Assembly: GCA_001804785.1 (NCBI GenBank)
Contig: MHBG01000072.1
Location: 53,002-117,001 of the forward strand
DNA from: Lentisphaerae bacterium GWF2_45_14
GTDB lineage: Bacteria; Verrucomicrobiota; Lentisphaeria; Victivallales; GWF2-45-14
Length of the DNA: 64,000 bases
Reading direction: 5' to 3'
Positions 26,543 through 36,638 of this stretch are shown in pieces (the first letter of the stretch is position 1; every line of letters starts with the position of its first letter). A program made the position numbers and the translations under genes. The notes beneath the pieces were generated by a model that had not been told where the DNA came from, did not search any database, and was given only the letters and a program-made list of their open reading frames with translations.

Positions 26543-28342
26543 TTATATGCAATATTCGGGTATTATCTTTTCTCTGTTAAGGACTTTTTTTATCTCGTCT
26601 AAGGCAGCCTTCAGGTCATAGTCTTCCAGAAGATTAAGTCCAGCTTCATAATCCGGCAAATTTGATCCTATATTAATTACGAGCAGTTCACTGGGCGTAT
26701 TCAGCTGCTTGATATATTCGATATCATAGCGGTCAAGATCATCAATCGCGGAAATGAAAATCAGTCCCGCGTCTGTCATGATTCTGGCAAGTTCGCCCAG
26801 CCTTCTGATATGTTCATCTCTGTTCCATGCGACTTTTTCCAAGTCGACGTCAAGTCCCTTCATAAAAGTGTTCAGTCCGAGATAATAAACATTCAGGTGC
26901 ATATTGAAAAGGGAATACTCCAGTTGTTTTGCAAGTTCATGCTTGCCGCTTTCCTTTTCTCCGGTAATGAGCACGAATTTCCCGCGGTGGTGATATCTCG
27001 AGGCTCGTGACTGAGGAGTAATTAATCCGTGATTCCAAAAGAACTCTCTCTGGGTAATGTGCTGATTGATTACGGATATGCTTTCAGTGTCTTTCTCGAA
27101 AATAATCCCCCCGCCGGAAATCTCATGATTATCGACGATGACAAAACGTCCGGTAGCTTCAATCTCTTTTATGTTATCAAACACCACCGGTCTAGACGTC
27201 TCGATTATGCATTCTCCTATGTCATATCTGTCCAACTGCTGTTTGCCTCTTACGGTACTCAGGTCAGATGCGTCAAAAACATTTATGACTTCCGCCAGTT
27301 CGACCGATTCCCTGGCAGATCCCAGCTTGAACTTATAGCGCTTTCCTTTTATCATCGGGGATTTGCCGAGCCAGAAAATATTGACCCTCAGTCGGGTTCC
27401 GGTTTCCGGCATCTTTTCCCCTTTGCGGCACATCAGTTCCCCTGCCTTGATGTATATCTGAGAAACAAGAGTGAAGCCGGTCGCATATCCGGCGCCGGTC
27501 TCGTGTTGTTCCGGATGGTTGAATACTTCTATTGATTTAATAGTTCCCTCTTTACCTGAAGGCAGAAATATGACGTCATCACCATTTTTGATGCAGCCAG
27601 TCTCTATTGTCCCGGCAATAATCCGCCGGTCATCCCCGTTCGCGGTAAATTTATAGATATCCTGAACCGGCATCCTGAATGCCTTACTTACGGGTTGAGT
27701 CGGCAGCAGAAAACTATCAAGCTGTTCCAGTAACGTAGGCCCTTCATACCAGTCAAAATGCTTGGATGGGGAAACAATATTATCACCATCTCTTCCGCTT
27801 ACGGGAATGTAGCTTATTGCGGTAACCCCGATATTGCCAAGGAAGCCGGAGAATTCCTCGATGATTTTTTCATATACATTACGATCGTAGTTGACCAGAT
27901 CGAATTTGTTGATTAATACCGCCACCTGCGGTACACCAAGCATTGAAAGCATATACCCATGACGCTTGGAATTCTCCTGAATACCTTCATTGGCGTCAAT
28001 CACCAGCAGGGCCGCATCGGCCTTTGCTGCTCCGGTAACCATATTCTTCAGAAACTCAATATGGCCGGGGGCGTCAATTATTATATAATTACGTTTTGCG
28101 GTTTTGAAAAAGCACCTGGCCATATCAATGGTTATACCCTGACTCTGTTCATTTTTGAGCGCATCAAGAAGAAATGCATATTCAAAAGGTTTTGAATTTT
28201 TGCGGCATGACTCCTGGATCTGTTTCAGCTTTCCTTTCGGAAGGGCGCCGGTCTCCGCCAGCATCCGTCCGATTATGGTGCTTTTCCCGTGGTCAACATG
28301 GCCCACTATTACTACTTTTAAGTTATCTTTTTGCTGATTCAT
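26543..28342 (-). CDS. cysN: Sulfate adenylyltransferase subunit 1 (CysN GTPase) fused to a degenerate APS-kinase-like domain
   Basis: 599 aa. Motifs [17 protein letters not shown] and NKFD (GTPase). The C-terminal ~170 aa are CysC-like but have [12 protein letters not shown] in place of GLSGSGKST, and no LDGD motif ([11 protein letters not shown]). Confidence 0.9.
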   Translation of the reverse strand: MNQQKDNLKVVIVGHVDHGKSTIIGRMLAETGALPKGKLKQIQESCRKNSKPFEYAFLLDALKNEQSQGITIDMARCFFKTAKRNYIIIDAPGHIEFLKNMVTGAAKADAALLVIDANEGIQENSKRHGYMLSMLGVPQVAVLINKFDLVNYDRNVYEKIIEEFSGFLGNIGVTAISYIPVSGRDGDNIVSPSKHFDWYEGPTLLEQLDSFLLPTQPVSKAFRMPVQDIYKFTANGDDRRIIAGTIETGCIKNGDDVIFLPSGKEGTIKSIEVFNHPEQHETGAGYATGFTLVSQIYIKAGELMCRKGEKMPETGTRLRVNIFWLGKSPMIKGKRYKFKLGSARESVELAEVINVFDASDLSTVRGKQQLDRYDIGECIIETSRPVVFDNIKEIEATGRFVIVDNHEISGGGIIFEKDTESISVINQHITQREFFWNHGLITPQSRASRYHHRGKFVLITGEKESGKHELAKQLEYSLFNMHLNVYYLGLNTFMKGLDVDLEKVAWNRDEHIRRLGELARIMTDAGLIFISAIDDLDRYDIEYIKQLNTPSELLVINIGSNLPDYEAGLNLLEDYDLKAALDEIKKVLNREKIIPEYCI

Positions 28343-28357
28343 AGTATTATCCTTAAA

Positions 28358-29251
28358 TTACATATAGCCTTCGCGCCGGAGAGTCTCCAAGCCGCCGCCG
28401 TCATCCTTGTCCTGAGCCCGGCCCGAACGTTCGGCAATGTTGGCAAACTTTCCCGTCTTCAACTCATTTATAATATCTCTTACATTTTTGGCATTTGATT
28501 CAACCGGACTTGTGCAGGGATAGCACCCCAAAGAACGATATCTTTTACCCTTGCCGTTATCAAAATACAACGGTATCACCGGAATCGATTCCTTTTCTAT
28601 ATATTCCCATATGTCAAGCTCTGTCCAATCAAGAAGAGGATGAATCCGCAGATGCGTTCCGGAAGCGAAATCGGTATTGAACTGATTCCATAATTCCGGC
28701 GGTTGGTCATCCACATTCCAGTCGCTCTGTTTATCACGGGGAGAAAAATATCTTTCTTTGGAACGGCTTCCTTCTTCATCCGCTCTGACCCCGACAATCA
28801 CTCCGGTATATGGTTCGGTGCCTGAATCCTCTTCGAAGCCCCCTGAATCATGATTCAGGCGATATCTGGTCCATTCGCCGGAAAGCGTATGTTTCAGAGC
28901 TTCACTTTTCAGGTGACGGCAGCAGGTAAGCCTATCTGTTTTGCCAGCAGGATAAGTCTGTTTCTCTTCCAGCGCCTTTGCGTTTCTGCCGACAAGCAGG
29001 TTGAGTTTCCATTCCATGGCCGTTCTATTCCTGAACTCAATCATTTCGGGAATTTTATATTCTGTGTCTATGTGCATCAGCGGAAAGGGGACATGACCCA
29101 AAAATGCTTTTCTCGCCAACCATAAAAGCACCGTGCTGTCCTTTCCTATCGACCAAAGCATGACCAGATTTTTAAATTCGCGGTAAGATTCCCTCAGTAT
29201 ATAAACACTGAAAGCCTCAAGCCTTTCCAGATGATTCATTTCCTTATACAT
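28358..29251 (-). CDS. cysD: Sulfate adenylyltransferase subunit 2
   Basis: 297 aa. Motifs [28 protein letters not shown] (PP-loop), [11 protein letters not shown] and [10 protein letters not shown]. Confidence 0.92.
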   Translation of the reverse strand: MYKEMNHLERLEAFSVYILRESYREFKNLVMLWSIGKDSTVLLWLARKAFLGHVPFPLMHIDTEYKIPEMIEFRNRTAMEWKLNLLVGRNAKALEEKQTYPAGKTDRLTCCRHLKSEALKHTLSGEWTRYRLNHDSGGFEEDSGTEPYTGVIVGVRADEEGSRSKERYFSPRDKQSDWNVDDQPPELWNQFNTDFASGTHLRIHPLLDWTELDIWEYIEKESIPVIPLYFDNGKGKRYRSLGCYPCTSPVESNAKNVRDIINELKTGKFANIAERSGRAQDKDDGGGLETLRREGYM

Positions 29252-29263
29252 TGCGACACCTTC

Positions 29264-30025
29264 TCAATATGTTGTTGCGTTAAGTTTCGAAATTCGCTCT
29301 AGTCGTCCGTTTACCAGATGCAGTCCGCATTCCTTATGTTCCGGGCTTTCCCACCACCAGCGCCCGGAACGAGGATGCTCTCCGGGTTTTACGGCCCGTG
29401 TGCAACATGCACATCCGATACTGGCAAATCCTTTGTCATGCAGAGGATTATACGGTACTTTCTTCTCTGCAATATATTTCAATACGTCCTCATTGGACCA
29501 ATCAGCGACAGGATTAATCTTAATTATTTGATTCCCCTCATCCCACTCGATTAATTCATGTGCCCCTCTTGCCATTGATTGTTCGCGGCGCAGTCCGCAA
29601 ATCCAGGCGGATAATCCCATCAGAGCACGTTGCAGCGGTTTGACTTTTCGCTGCATGCAGCAGTACCTGCGTTTATCCTCGTCCTCATAAAAAGAATTCA
29701 TCCCAAAGTCCCTGCTCATATTCTCAATATCATCTGAAGCAGGAAAATATACGGATACCTTTACTCTATAGTACTTTTCGGTCTTTTCAATAAGGTCGTA
29801 GGTTTCATTGAACAGCCGGCCGGTATCAATCGTAAAAATTGGAATATCCAGATTACCTTTGCTGATCATATCCGTTATTACCTGGTCCTCCAGTCCGAAC
29901 GAAGACGCAAATGCCAGTTTGCCTCTGAAATAGTCTGCCGCAAGCCGAAGAATCTCCTCGGGAGGCAGGTTCTTAAAAGACCGCAATAATTCCGCCGCTT
30001 TTTCTTTTTTGCTTATCTGTTTCAT
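29264..30025 (-). CDS. cysH: Adenylylsulfate (APS) reductase, thioredoxin-dependent, Fe-S type
   Basis: 253 aa. Motifs RRYCCMQRKVKPL and SIGCACCTRAV (the CC...CxxC cluster ligands of APS reductases), plus the catalytic KECGLH. Confidence 0.88.
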   Translation of the reverse strand: MKQISKKEKAAELLRSFKNLPPEEILRLAADYFRGKLAFASSFGLEDQVITDMISKGNLDIPIFTIDTGRLFNETYDLIEKTEKYYRVKVSVYFPASDDIENMSRDFGMNSFYEDEDKRRYCCMQRKVKPLQRALMGLSAWICGLRREQSMARGAHELIEWDEGNQIIKINPVADWSNEDVLKYIAEKKVPYNPLHDKGFASIGCACCTRAVKPGEHPRSGRWWWESPEHKECGLHLVNGRLERISKLNATTY

Positions 30026-30065
30026 AATATTCCGCCGTTAAAGTAAAAATTTAAAAATGCATACA

Positions 30066-30089
30066 CTACCAATTAACTCCCATTGGTAG
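30066..30089. promoter_or_regulatory. Perfect 8-bp inverted repeat (CTACCAAT-N8-ATTGGTAG), candidate operator or 5'-leader hairpin of the cysH operon
   Basis: Arms at 30066..30073 and 30082..30089. It starts 3 nt downstream (minus-strand sense) of the predicted -10 hexamer. Confidence 0.4.
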
Positions 30090-30091
30090 CA

Positions 30092-30119
30092 ATTATATAT
30101 GTTTTTATCATGATGTCAA
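30092..30119 (-). promoter_or_regulatory. Consensus sigma70-type promoter for the cysH...hemL operon
   Basis: The minus strand reads TTGACA-N16-TATAAT (plus-strand tgtcaa 30114..30119 and attata 30092..30097), about 65 nt upstream of the cysH ATG (30025). Confidence 0.5.
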
Positions 30120-30423
30120 TGATTACTCCAAAAAAAAATGATTTTTTCACTTCCGGCTCAGTTTGAAAACCCAGCGAACTTTTATTTCGGCGAATTCCGG
30201 AATTTCAGACTTGGCGGCGACAATTTTTCGGGTCGGGAATAAAAATCAGGCTCAGAAAAAATAAGGACAATTTACTGTGGTGACTAATATTTTTTAGTTT
30301 GTTTCTTTTTGTCCTGTTGACAAAAGTCATATTCGGCTGTAGTTTGATTCACAGGGGGAAGTTTTTTATGACAACTGTTTTAAAATCGGTTCTTCATAAG
30401 AATATACGGAAAGATGTCTTTTG

Positions 30424-30654
30424 ATGGACATGGACAAAACACAGAAAATAAAGAATCCTATCAGGTTCAAGACCATTCCCAAGGTCTGCTCGTGGTACAA
30501 GAAAATGTACGAGCTCAATTTATGGGAGGTCGATGGCGACAAGAGGACCGGTGTCTCTCACGGAATGTGTCCGGAATGCCATAAAAAGCATGTTGCTCAG
30601 TATAAGGCCGACGTGGAAGCCTCAGGGGAAAAAAAAGGTGCCAGCGAAGACTAG
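30424..30654 (+). CDS. Small Cys-containing hypothetical protein (SHGMCPEC motif)
   Basis: 76 aa from ATG 30424 (the track's 30421 is TTG). Contains ...KVCSWYKK...SHGMCPECHKKH..., resembling small (D/S)HGICxxC zinc-ribbon-like proteins or domains of anaerobes, but with only 3 Cys. Confidence 0.35.
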   Translation: MDMDKTQKIKNPIRFKTIPKVCSWYKKMYELNLWEVDGDKRTGVSHGMCPECHKKHVAQYKADVEASGEKKGASED

Positions 30655-30702
30655 GAGCATATCCGCGCCGTCTTCAATACGTCGATGCGCTGCAAATAGC
30701 TC

Positions 30703-32049
30703 TTATTTCATTATTTTTTTGATATTAGCCGGAATCTGAGTGTTATCCATTTCCTGATTAAAAAGTTCCGCTCCAACACCCACTGCGGAAGTTTTCACTT
30801 TTGCCATTGAATGGTTTGGCAGCGTCCATTTATAGCCGCCTTTTTCGTCGGCCATTTTTGAACAGACATAGATCAGCGGATTTTTATTGCCATACATTTT
30901 TTTCACTTCTTCAGGGCGCTTGTCTTCTACTTTGTTGTCCATGTAGATGTTATACGCCTGACGAACGGATGTCATCTCAGAATCGTTTAAATCTTTCAAG
31001 TCGAAAAATTCTTCCAATTTTTTGAGTACGTCCTCAAAGGATTTTTTCTCTTTCTTATATTTTTCCAATACTGCATGCATAGTCAACTTTGAGCACTTCT
31101 GAGAATTGACAGAGTCAGGCAGTTTAGAAATATTGTCCGAGAGCTGAAGACCGCCGGTTTCATGGTCGGCAGTGACCACAATCAACGTATCTGAGGGATT
31201 TTTTTGATAGAACTCATAAGCTGTTTTTACCGCATTATCAAAATCCACAAGTTCCTTCGCCCCTGATGCCAAGTCATTATTATGACCGGACCAGTCAATT
31301 TTAGCGCCTTCCAGCATTATAAAAAATCCTTTTTCATTGTCGAGTATTTCAATCGCCTTTCCCAGAATATCCTTGAGTCTGACACCATCATTATTCTTTT
31401 CGTCAATCGCAAGAGGCATACTCGTTATGAGAAATGATTTGCCCTTTTCTGAAACGTTCAGGTCTTTGAAATCGCGGATGATCTTGTATCCTTTTTCAGC
31501 AAGGGCCCTGGTTGAATCATTTTCCTGCTTATCGGTCAAAATTTTATTTCCCGCAAAAAAATCAAATTCTGATTGCGGCATGAAAGAAGCTGTTTCAGAA
31601 TACCTTTTCCTTGCGTCGGCATGCGCGTAAAATGCCGCCGGAGTTGCTCCGTTGATATGATCGCTCGTAATGATACCAATCTTCATACCTTTATCTTTGG
31701 CGTATTCGGCAATGGACTGGAGATGTTTCCCGTCAGGCAGTATTCCCAGCATTCCATTTTTTGTCTTGAACCCGCACGCTATCGCGGTTCCGCCTGCGGC
31801 AGAATCGGTCACACCTGAAAGAGAATCGGTAACCGTAAGTCCCGAATATGGAAACTTTTCCATCACGAGTCCTTTTCCCGATGCATTCAGATACTTTTCA
31901 GTGGCCTTTCTCTGGTTTACGCCCATGCCGTCGCCAATCATCAGGAAGATGTATTTTGCGGATTCTGCGCTGAGCGCCGATACCATAAATGCGAGAAAGC
32001 AAACGAGCAGCCCTTTTAACAAAGATTTTTTGAGTAATGAAATTTCCAT
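30703..32049 (-). CDS. Alkaline phosphatase (PhoA family), secreted
   Basis: 448 aa. N-terminal signal-like MEISLLKKSLLKGLLVCFLAFMVSALSA. Active-site region GDGMG...VTDSAAGGTAIACG (D-S-A signature) and TADHETGG. Confidence 0.85.
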   Translation of the reverse strand: MEISLLKKSLLKGLLVCFLAFMVSALSAESAKYIFLMIGDGMGVNQRKATEKYLNASGKGLVMEKFPYSGLTVTDSLSGVTDSAAGGTAIACGFKTKNGMLGILPDGKHLQSIAEYAKDKGMKIGIITSDHINGATPAAFYAHADARKRYSETASFMPQSEFDFFAGNKILTDKQENDSTRALAEKGYKIIRDFKDLNVSEKGKSFLITSMPLAIDEKNNDGVRLKDILGKAIEILDNEKGFFIMLEGAKIDWSGHNNDLASGAKELVDFDNAVKTAYEFYQKNPSDTLIVVTADHETGGLQLSDNISKLPDSVNSQKCSKLTMHAVLEKYKKEKKSFEDVLKKLEEFFDLKDLNDSEMTSVRQAYNIYMDNKVEDKRPEEVKKMYGNKNPLIYVCSKMADEKGGYKWTLPNHSMAKVKTSAVGVGAELFNQEMDNTQIPANIKKIMK

Positions 32050-32277
32050 TCTTTATATCTCCTGACTGTGATTATAACTTTCAGAGTACCTAGTCTTGTT
32101 TGGAACGATAGAGCAAATCCGGACGTAGAATATCGGTTTTTTCTCCGGATTTCAAATTTAAAATCTATTTCCCTCCGATAATGGCTCAAGTCGGAGAAAT
32201 ACGCCTCGCCTCACTGAGTACATAGTCCGCCCGTCAAATCAACGAGCCTGATATTCACACCAGCGGGCGCGGGAAAT

Positions 32278-33876
32278 CTACTTTTTGCTGCTTTTACAGT
32301 GGTCTTCGTATTCCGCCAGCGTGCCGGGATAGTCAATTATTCTGCCGTTTTCTATCTCAATAATTCTTGTGGCGAGACTGCTTATGAATTCACGGTCATG
32401 ACTTACGAATATTACCGTGGTGTCGACGAAGCTCAACGCATAGTTGAGAGCTTCTATCGATTCCAGGTCAAGATGGTTTGTCGGTTCGTCAAGAACAAGA
32501 ACGTTGCCGCCTTCAAGCATCATCTTTGCGATAACCAGACGGGCCTTTTCTCCGCCGGAAAGCACTTTTACGGGTTTGTTGACTTCCGAGCCGCTGAAGA
32601 GCATTTTGCCCATATAGGAGCGCAGCTCCATTTCGGAAAGCCCCTCGCGCGGACCGAAGTGGGCGAGCCAGTCAATGGCTCTGTCGTCAGTATTCAGAAT
32701 TTCCGACGAATCCTGTGGGAAATAGCTTATTTTCACCGTATTGCCGTGGATAATTTTGCCGTTGCACGGTTCAATCTCCTTTATAAGGATCCTGAGAAGT
32801 GTCGTTTTCCCAATCCCATTGGTGCCGAGTATGGCTACTTTCTCGTCATTCTGGAAGACCATTGACAGATCGCTGAAAAGAGTCCGGTCATAGATCTTGC
32901 TGACGGCTTCGGTTTCGATAACCTTTTCACCCAGGCGAAGTGGAGAGTTGAAACGGATGAAGGGCGAAACCCTGGAACTCGGCTTTACCTCCTGGAGCTG
33001 CATCTTATCCAGTTCCTTCTGCCGAGAGGTGGCCTGTCTCGCTTTTGAGGCATTGGCGCTAAAACGGTTTATGAAGTCCTTGAGATCTTCCATGCGCTTC
33101 TCTATCTTCTTATTTTCCTTCTTCTGAGATTCAAGGTAAATTGCGCTGGCGGTCATGAAATCGTCATAATTTCCGGAGAAAAGGCGTATCTCGTGATAAT
33201 CCAGGTCAGCTATATCCGAGCAGACCTGATTCAGAAAATAGCGGTTGTGCGATATAGCAATAACAATGCCCTTGTGATTTCTGAGAAACTGGCAAAGCCA
33301 GTCTATGCTGTGCATGTCAAGATGGTTTGTCGGCTCGTCAAGCAGAAGTATGTCGGGATTATCGAAGAGAACCTGGGCCAGCAACACCCGGAGCTTGAAC
33401 CCGCCGGTGAGGCTTGCCATGGGGACGCGGTGTTTGTCCTCCGGCAGCCCGAGTCCGACAAGGAGTTTCGCCGCATCGGCTTCCATTGTGTAGCCTCCGG
33501 CCTCCGAGTAAAGGGCCTCGATATCATTGGCTCTCTCCTCCTCTTCGGGAGTCAGATCGGTCTGCGAGTAAAGGTATTCTCTGTCGGCATGAAGCTTCCA
33601 GAGTTTTTCATCTCCCATGCAGACGGTATTCAGAATTGTTTCATGCTCATACTGGTAGTGATCCTGCTTGAGGAACCCGAGGCGGCACCCCTTGTCTATA
33701 GAAATCTCTCCGGTAAACGGAGCCAGCTGACCGGCGAGGATCTTCATGAAAGTCGATTTCCCTGACCCGTTGGCGCCGATGAGACCATAACGGCACCCCG
33801 GCCTGAACTTTACGGAAACATTCTCGAACAGTATCTGCTGTCCGAACCGCATTGCTATATTTACTGCTGCTATCAT
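32278..33876 (-). CDS. ybiT: ABC-F family ATPase (YbiT-like, tandem ABC domains, no TMD)
   Basis: 532 aa. The N-terminus [41 protein letters not shown] closely parallels E. coli YbiT ([41 protein letters not shown]). Two Walker A sites ([18 protein letters not shown]) and two LSGG signatures. Confidence 0.85.
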   Translation of the reverse strand: [532 protein letters not shown]

Positions 33877-34171
33877 TTTGATAAAACTATTCTTTAAATT
33901 TGTTAAAATGGAACCTGTAAACTAGTTCACTATTTCCAAGTTTCAAATCAATTGAAATGAAAAACAACTAAAGCCCTGCAAAACAGGGGATTAGGATGCC
34001 CCGTCAAGGCTTGTCATTGCGGCCATGAACCCGATAAAGTAAGATAAAGGGGCGGACGTGGGCTTGAAAACAAAAATAAGAGCATTTTATTTACAGGATT
34101 GTTTTTTTTGGGGGCTTCCTGAAAGTCAGTTGGGAAAAGATGAGGAAATTTTGGTTTAATGAAAAATAGTC

Positions 34172-36553
34172 ATGAATAAATTTATTGACAGGATAAAATC
34201 ACACCCTAACACAATTGTTTTGGTGTTTTTTGCCATATTTCTCGCAACGCAGTTTTACAGTATTTATTTCAGGTATTCCGAAATGTCAGGGCCAATGCAG
34301 AACGGAGTATCATACTATACTTCTCTTGCCAATTATTTCGAAGATCACGGTTATTTTGACAAAGCGAAAGTTCATGAAGACGCCGAGGAGTACTGGAATA
34401 ATCCGCGTGCAAGACTGGCTGTCTTTCATTTTTATTCTTTTCATGGCGCTTCTCCCATGTATGTTGCGGGAAAGTTGGCCGCTCTTCTGGGGCTTTCAGC
34501 CCGTAATGCTGTGGCATTGCTTCATTATTTCGGAATTGCACTGGCGGGCCTTGCTGTATTTTTAATTATCAGGCCGGAGGGAAAGTTCCCCTTAAATGTT
34601 GTGGTAGCATTTGTTCTTTTTGCTTGCTACTCGGGGAATATATGTTATCGCGGATTTGTTGATCCATCTCCTCAATTTTTTTCCACAGTTTTATGGATGC
34701 TGAGCGTATGGGTTTTCCTTTATTCTAAAAGGTGGTACATATATGGCCTGCTCCTAGTACCTTTGCTACTCTTTTCCCACGTTTCGGGACTCTACGGGAT
34801 ATTGGTCATTGGAGCGGTTCTTCTTTTACTCGGCGCTGTTGAGACTGTATCAAGGGTAAAATTCGGAGAATTGCCTGAGGACAAAAAGGGAATTAAGAAT
34901 GGTATAAGACTCTTGTCCCGTGTTTCAAAGTCGGCGTATAGCAGTAATCGGTCTTCGTTTTTTAATAAATTGGTCATATTGGCAGTATTGGCAGGAAGCA
35001 TGTATTGCGGATATAAAGCTGTCTTTTCCTCAGGTAAAAACTTTCCTGTCTTTCTTGAGAATCATATGTTTTCCGGACTTTGTGATAAGAACGCAGTCGC
35101 CGGTAGAATGAATAGTTCCATAAGGGAGGCGCGCGAGCTTCTATTAAAAAATGTTTCAGAACCGGAGGTACTTCAAGCATCCGAGGGAAATAGGATAGTG
35201 TCATCGTCCACCGTGGCCAAGGGGTTGGTATTTCTTTTTAATTATACAGACTTCAAACTTTATTTCTTAGGATGGCTTCTGCCCTTGACACTCGGCAGTA
35301 TATTTATCTGCGCGCGGAGGAAAAAATATAAATATCTGGCATTGTTTTTTGTTACTTTTTGCGGCTGTATTCTAGCGGCATTGCTCCAGGATGCATTAGG
35401 ATACAGGACCTTTCAGCATCTGGAAATAAGCCTTTTGTTCATTTATATCTTTGGGCTTCAAGAATGCATTGTCTTTTTGTGGGAGCATCGCAAGTCATTT
35501 TGGATTAAAAGCGAACGATACGTAAGAATGAAGACAGTTGGTTCTGTCGTTATGCTTGCCTTCGGCGCACTGTTTATTTTTTACCTCTCATTCATTCAGA
35601 TATCTAATGATTTCTGCAGCAGGTTTTACGCAAGGCGGGCATGGGATTTTACCGCGATCAATTCCTATCTTAATTTACCGGAGAATAAGGTGTGTCCTGT
35701 CTTTTATATGGGCCCGTCTATATTTTCAAGGAGCATTTTGTCTCTCGACGGTTTGTGGAATAGAAAGTTTTATGTCCCTGAAATGCTTGCATGCGCACCC
35801 GCGAAAAAGAGTGACTCATTTCTAAAGGACTTCATTTTTTTGGCTGAAAATGCAAAAAACTATAAAACTTCCAGTGAACCGCATTCTTTTGGAAGATATG
35901 GCATTGGAGTAATTTCTCCGAGAAATGGGGTCATTGTATTGAATACCGGCGCTTTCACGCCCGGTGAATATATTTTCTCCCTGAATGATTCGGGAATTAG
36001 TCCTAAAGAGATAAATCAGCTTAAGATTTATGCGAAGATAAATGGACGGAAGTATTGTGTTTCAGAAAAGGAATGGGATCAAATCCCAGATACTGTAATG
36101 TCGCCATGGAAACTTCCTTCCGTTGTTACCCCCCATCATTTTATGGCCGGCCTTTGTATTTCCAAGGTTAAACCTAATTACTGGGGAATAAGAAAAACGT
36201 TTACCTATCGCACAAATTTGAAGATATCCGGGGATACCGAAGAGATTATGATAGGCAACGACGGGTCGAATATATATTTTGTCGGAAAGATCGAAATATC
36301 GCGCAATTCCAACTCTCTGTTTTTGCTGGACCTTGATGCTGACAGTTCTGAACATATAAATTCGTCGGCATCTCTGCTGCGGGATAATAGAATCGAACCT
36401 TTGCTCTGGGCTATTAAGAAGAACTTTAACAGGCTGACAAATACCTTCGGCGTATTTGCGAACAAATATTTTGTGCTTGACGCTAATTTTGGTGATTTGA
36501 AAGCCTTTAAATTATATCAGAAGCAGCAGGATGGGACTGAAAAGTCAATGTAG
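34172..36553 (+). CDS. Large polytopic membrane protein, function unknown (possibly GT-C-like) with a ~300-aa soluble C-terminal region
   Basis: 793 aa. At least 12 hydrophobic segments in the first ~480 aa, then a hydrophilic C-terminal part. I recognise no diagnostic motif. The reading frame is long and uninterrupted. Confidence 0.6.
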   Translation: MNKFIDRIKSHPNTIVLVFFAIFLATQFYSIYFRYSEMSGPMQNGVSYYTSLANYFEDHGYFDKAKVHEDAEEYWNNPRARLAVFHFYSFHGASPMYVAGKLAALLGLSARNAVALLHYFGIALAGLAVFLIIRPEGKFPLNVVVAFVLFACYSGNICYRGFVDPSPQFFSTVLWMLSVWVFLYSKRWYIYGLLLVPLLLFSHVSGLYGILVIGAVLLLLGAVETVSRVKFGELPEDKKGIKNGIRLLSRVSKSAYSSNRSSFFNKLVILAVLAGSMYCGYKAVFSSGKNFPVFLENHMFSGLCDKNAVAGRMNSSIREARELLLKNVSEPEVLQASEGNRIVSSSTVAKGLVFLFNYTDFKLYFLGWLLPLTLGSIFICARRKKYKYLALFFVTFCGCILAALLQDALGYRTFQHLEISLLFIYIFGLQECIVFLWEHRKSFWIKSERYVRMKTVGSVVMLAFGALFIFYLSFIQISNDFCSRFYARRAWDFTAINSYLNLPENKVCPVFYMGPSIFSRSILSLDGLWNRKFYVPEMLACAPAKKSDSFLKDFIFLAENAKNYKTSSEPHSFGRYGIGVISPRNGVIVLNTGAFTPGEYIFSLNDSGISPKEINQLKIYAKINGRKYCVSEKEWDQIPDTVMSPWKLPSVVTPHHFMAGLCISKVKPNYWGIRKTFTYRTNLKISGDTEEIMIGNDGSNIYFVGKIEISRNSNSLFLLDLDADSSEHINSSASLLRDNRIEPLLWAIKKNFNRLTNTFGVFANKYFVLDANFGDLKAFKLYQKQQDGTEKSM

Positions 36554-36638
36554 AATTCCTCAGCTGACCCGTTGAGAGTCAATATACCTCATTTTATAGA
36601 GCGACGCATTTCAATTTAAAAGAAAAAACATTTGGGCA

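Noticed and set aside
32115-32152. Hairpin AAATCCGGA-N20-TCCGGATTT between the ABC-F gene and the alkaline phosphatase gene
   Set aside because: There is no U-run on the transcribed (minus) strand and the loop is 20 nt. It could be a leader structure, but the evidence is too weak for a terminator or regulatory call.
33193-33765. 190-aa + strand ORF
   Set aside because: It lies fully inside, and antisense to, the ABC-F ATPase gene, whose Walker and signature motifs are unambiguous.
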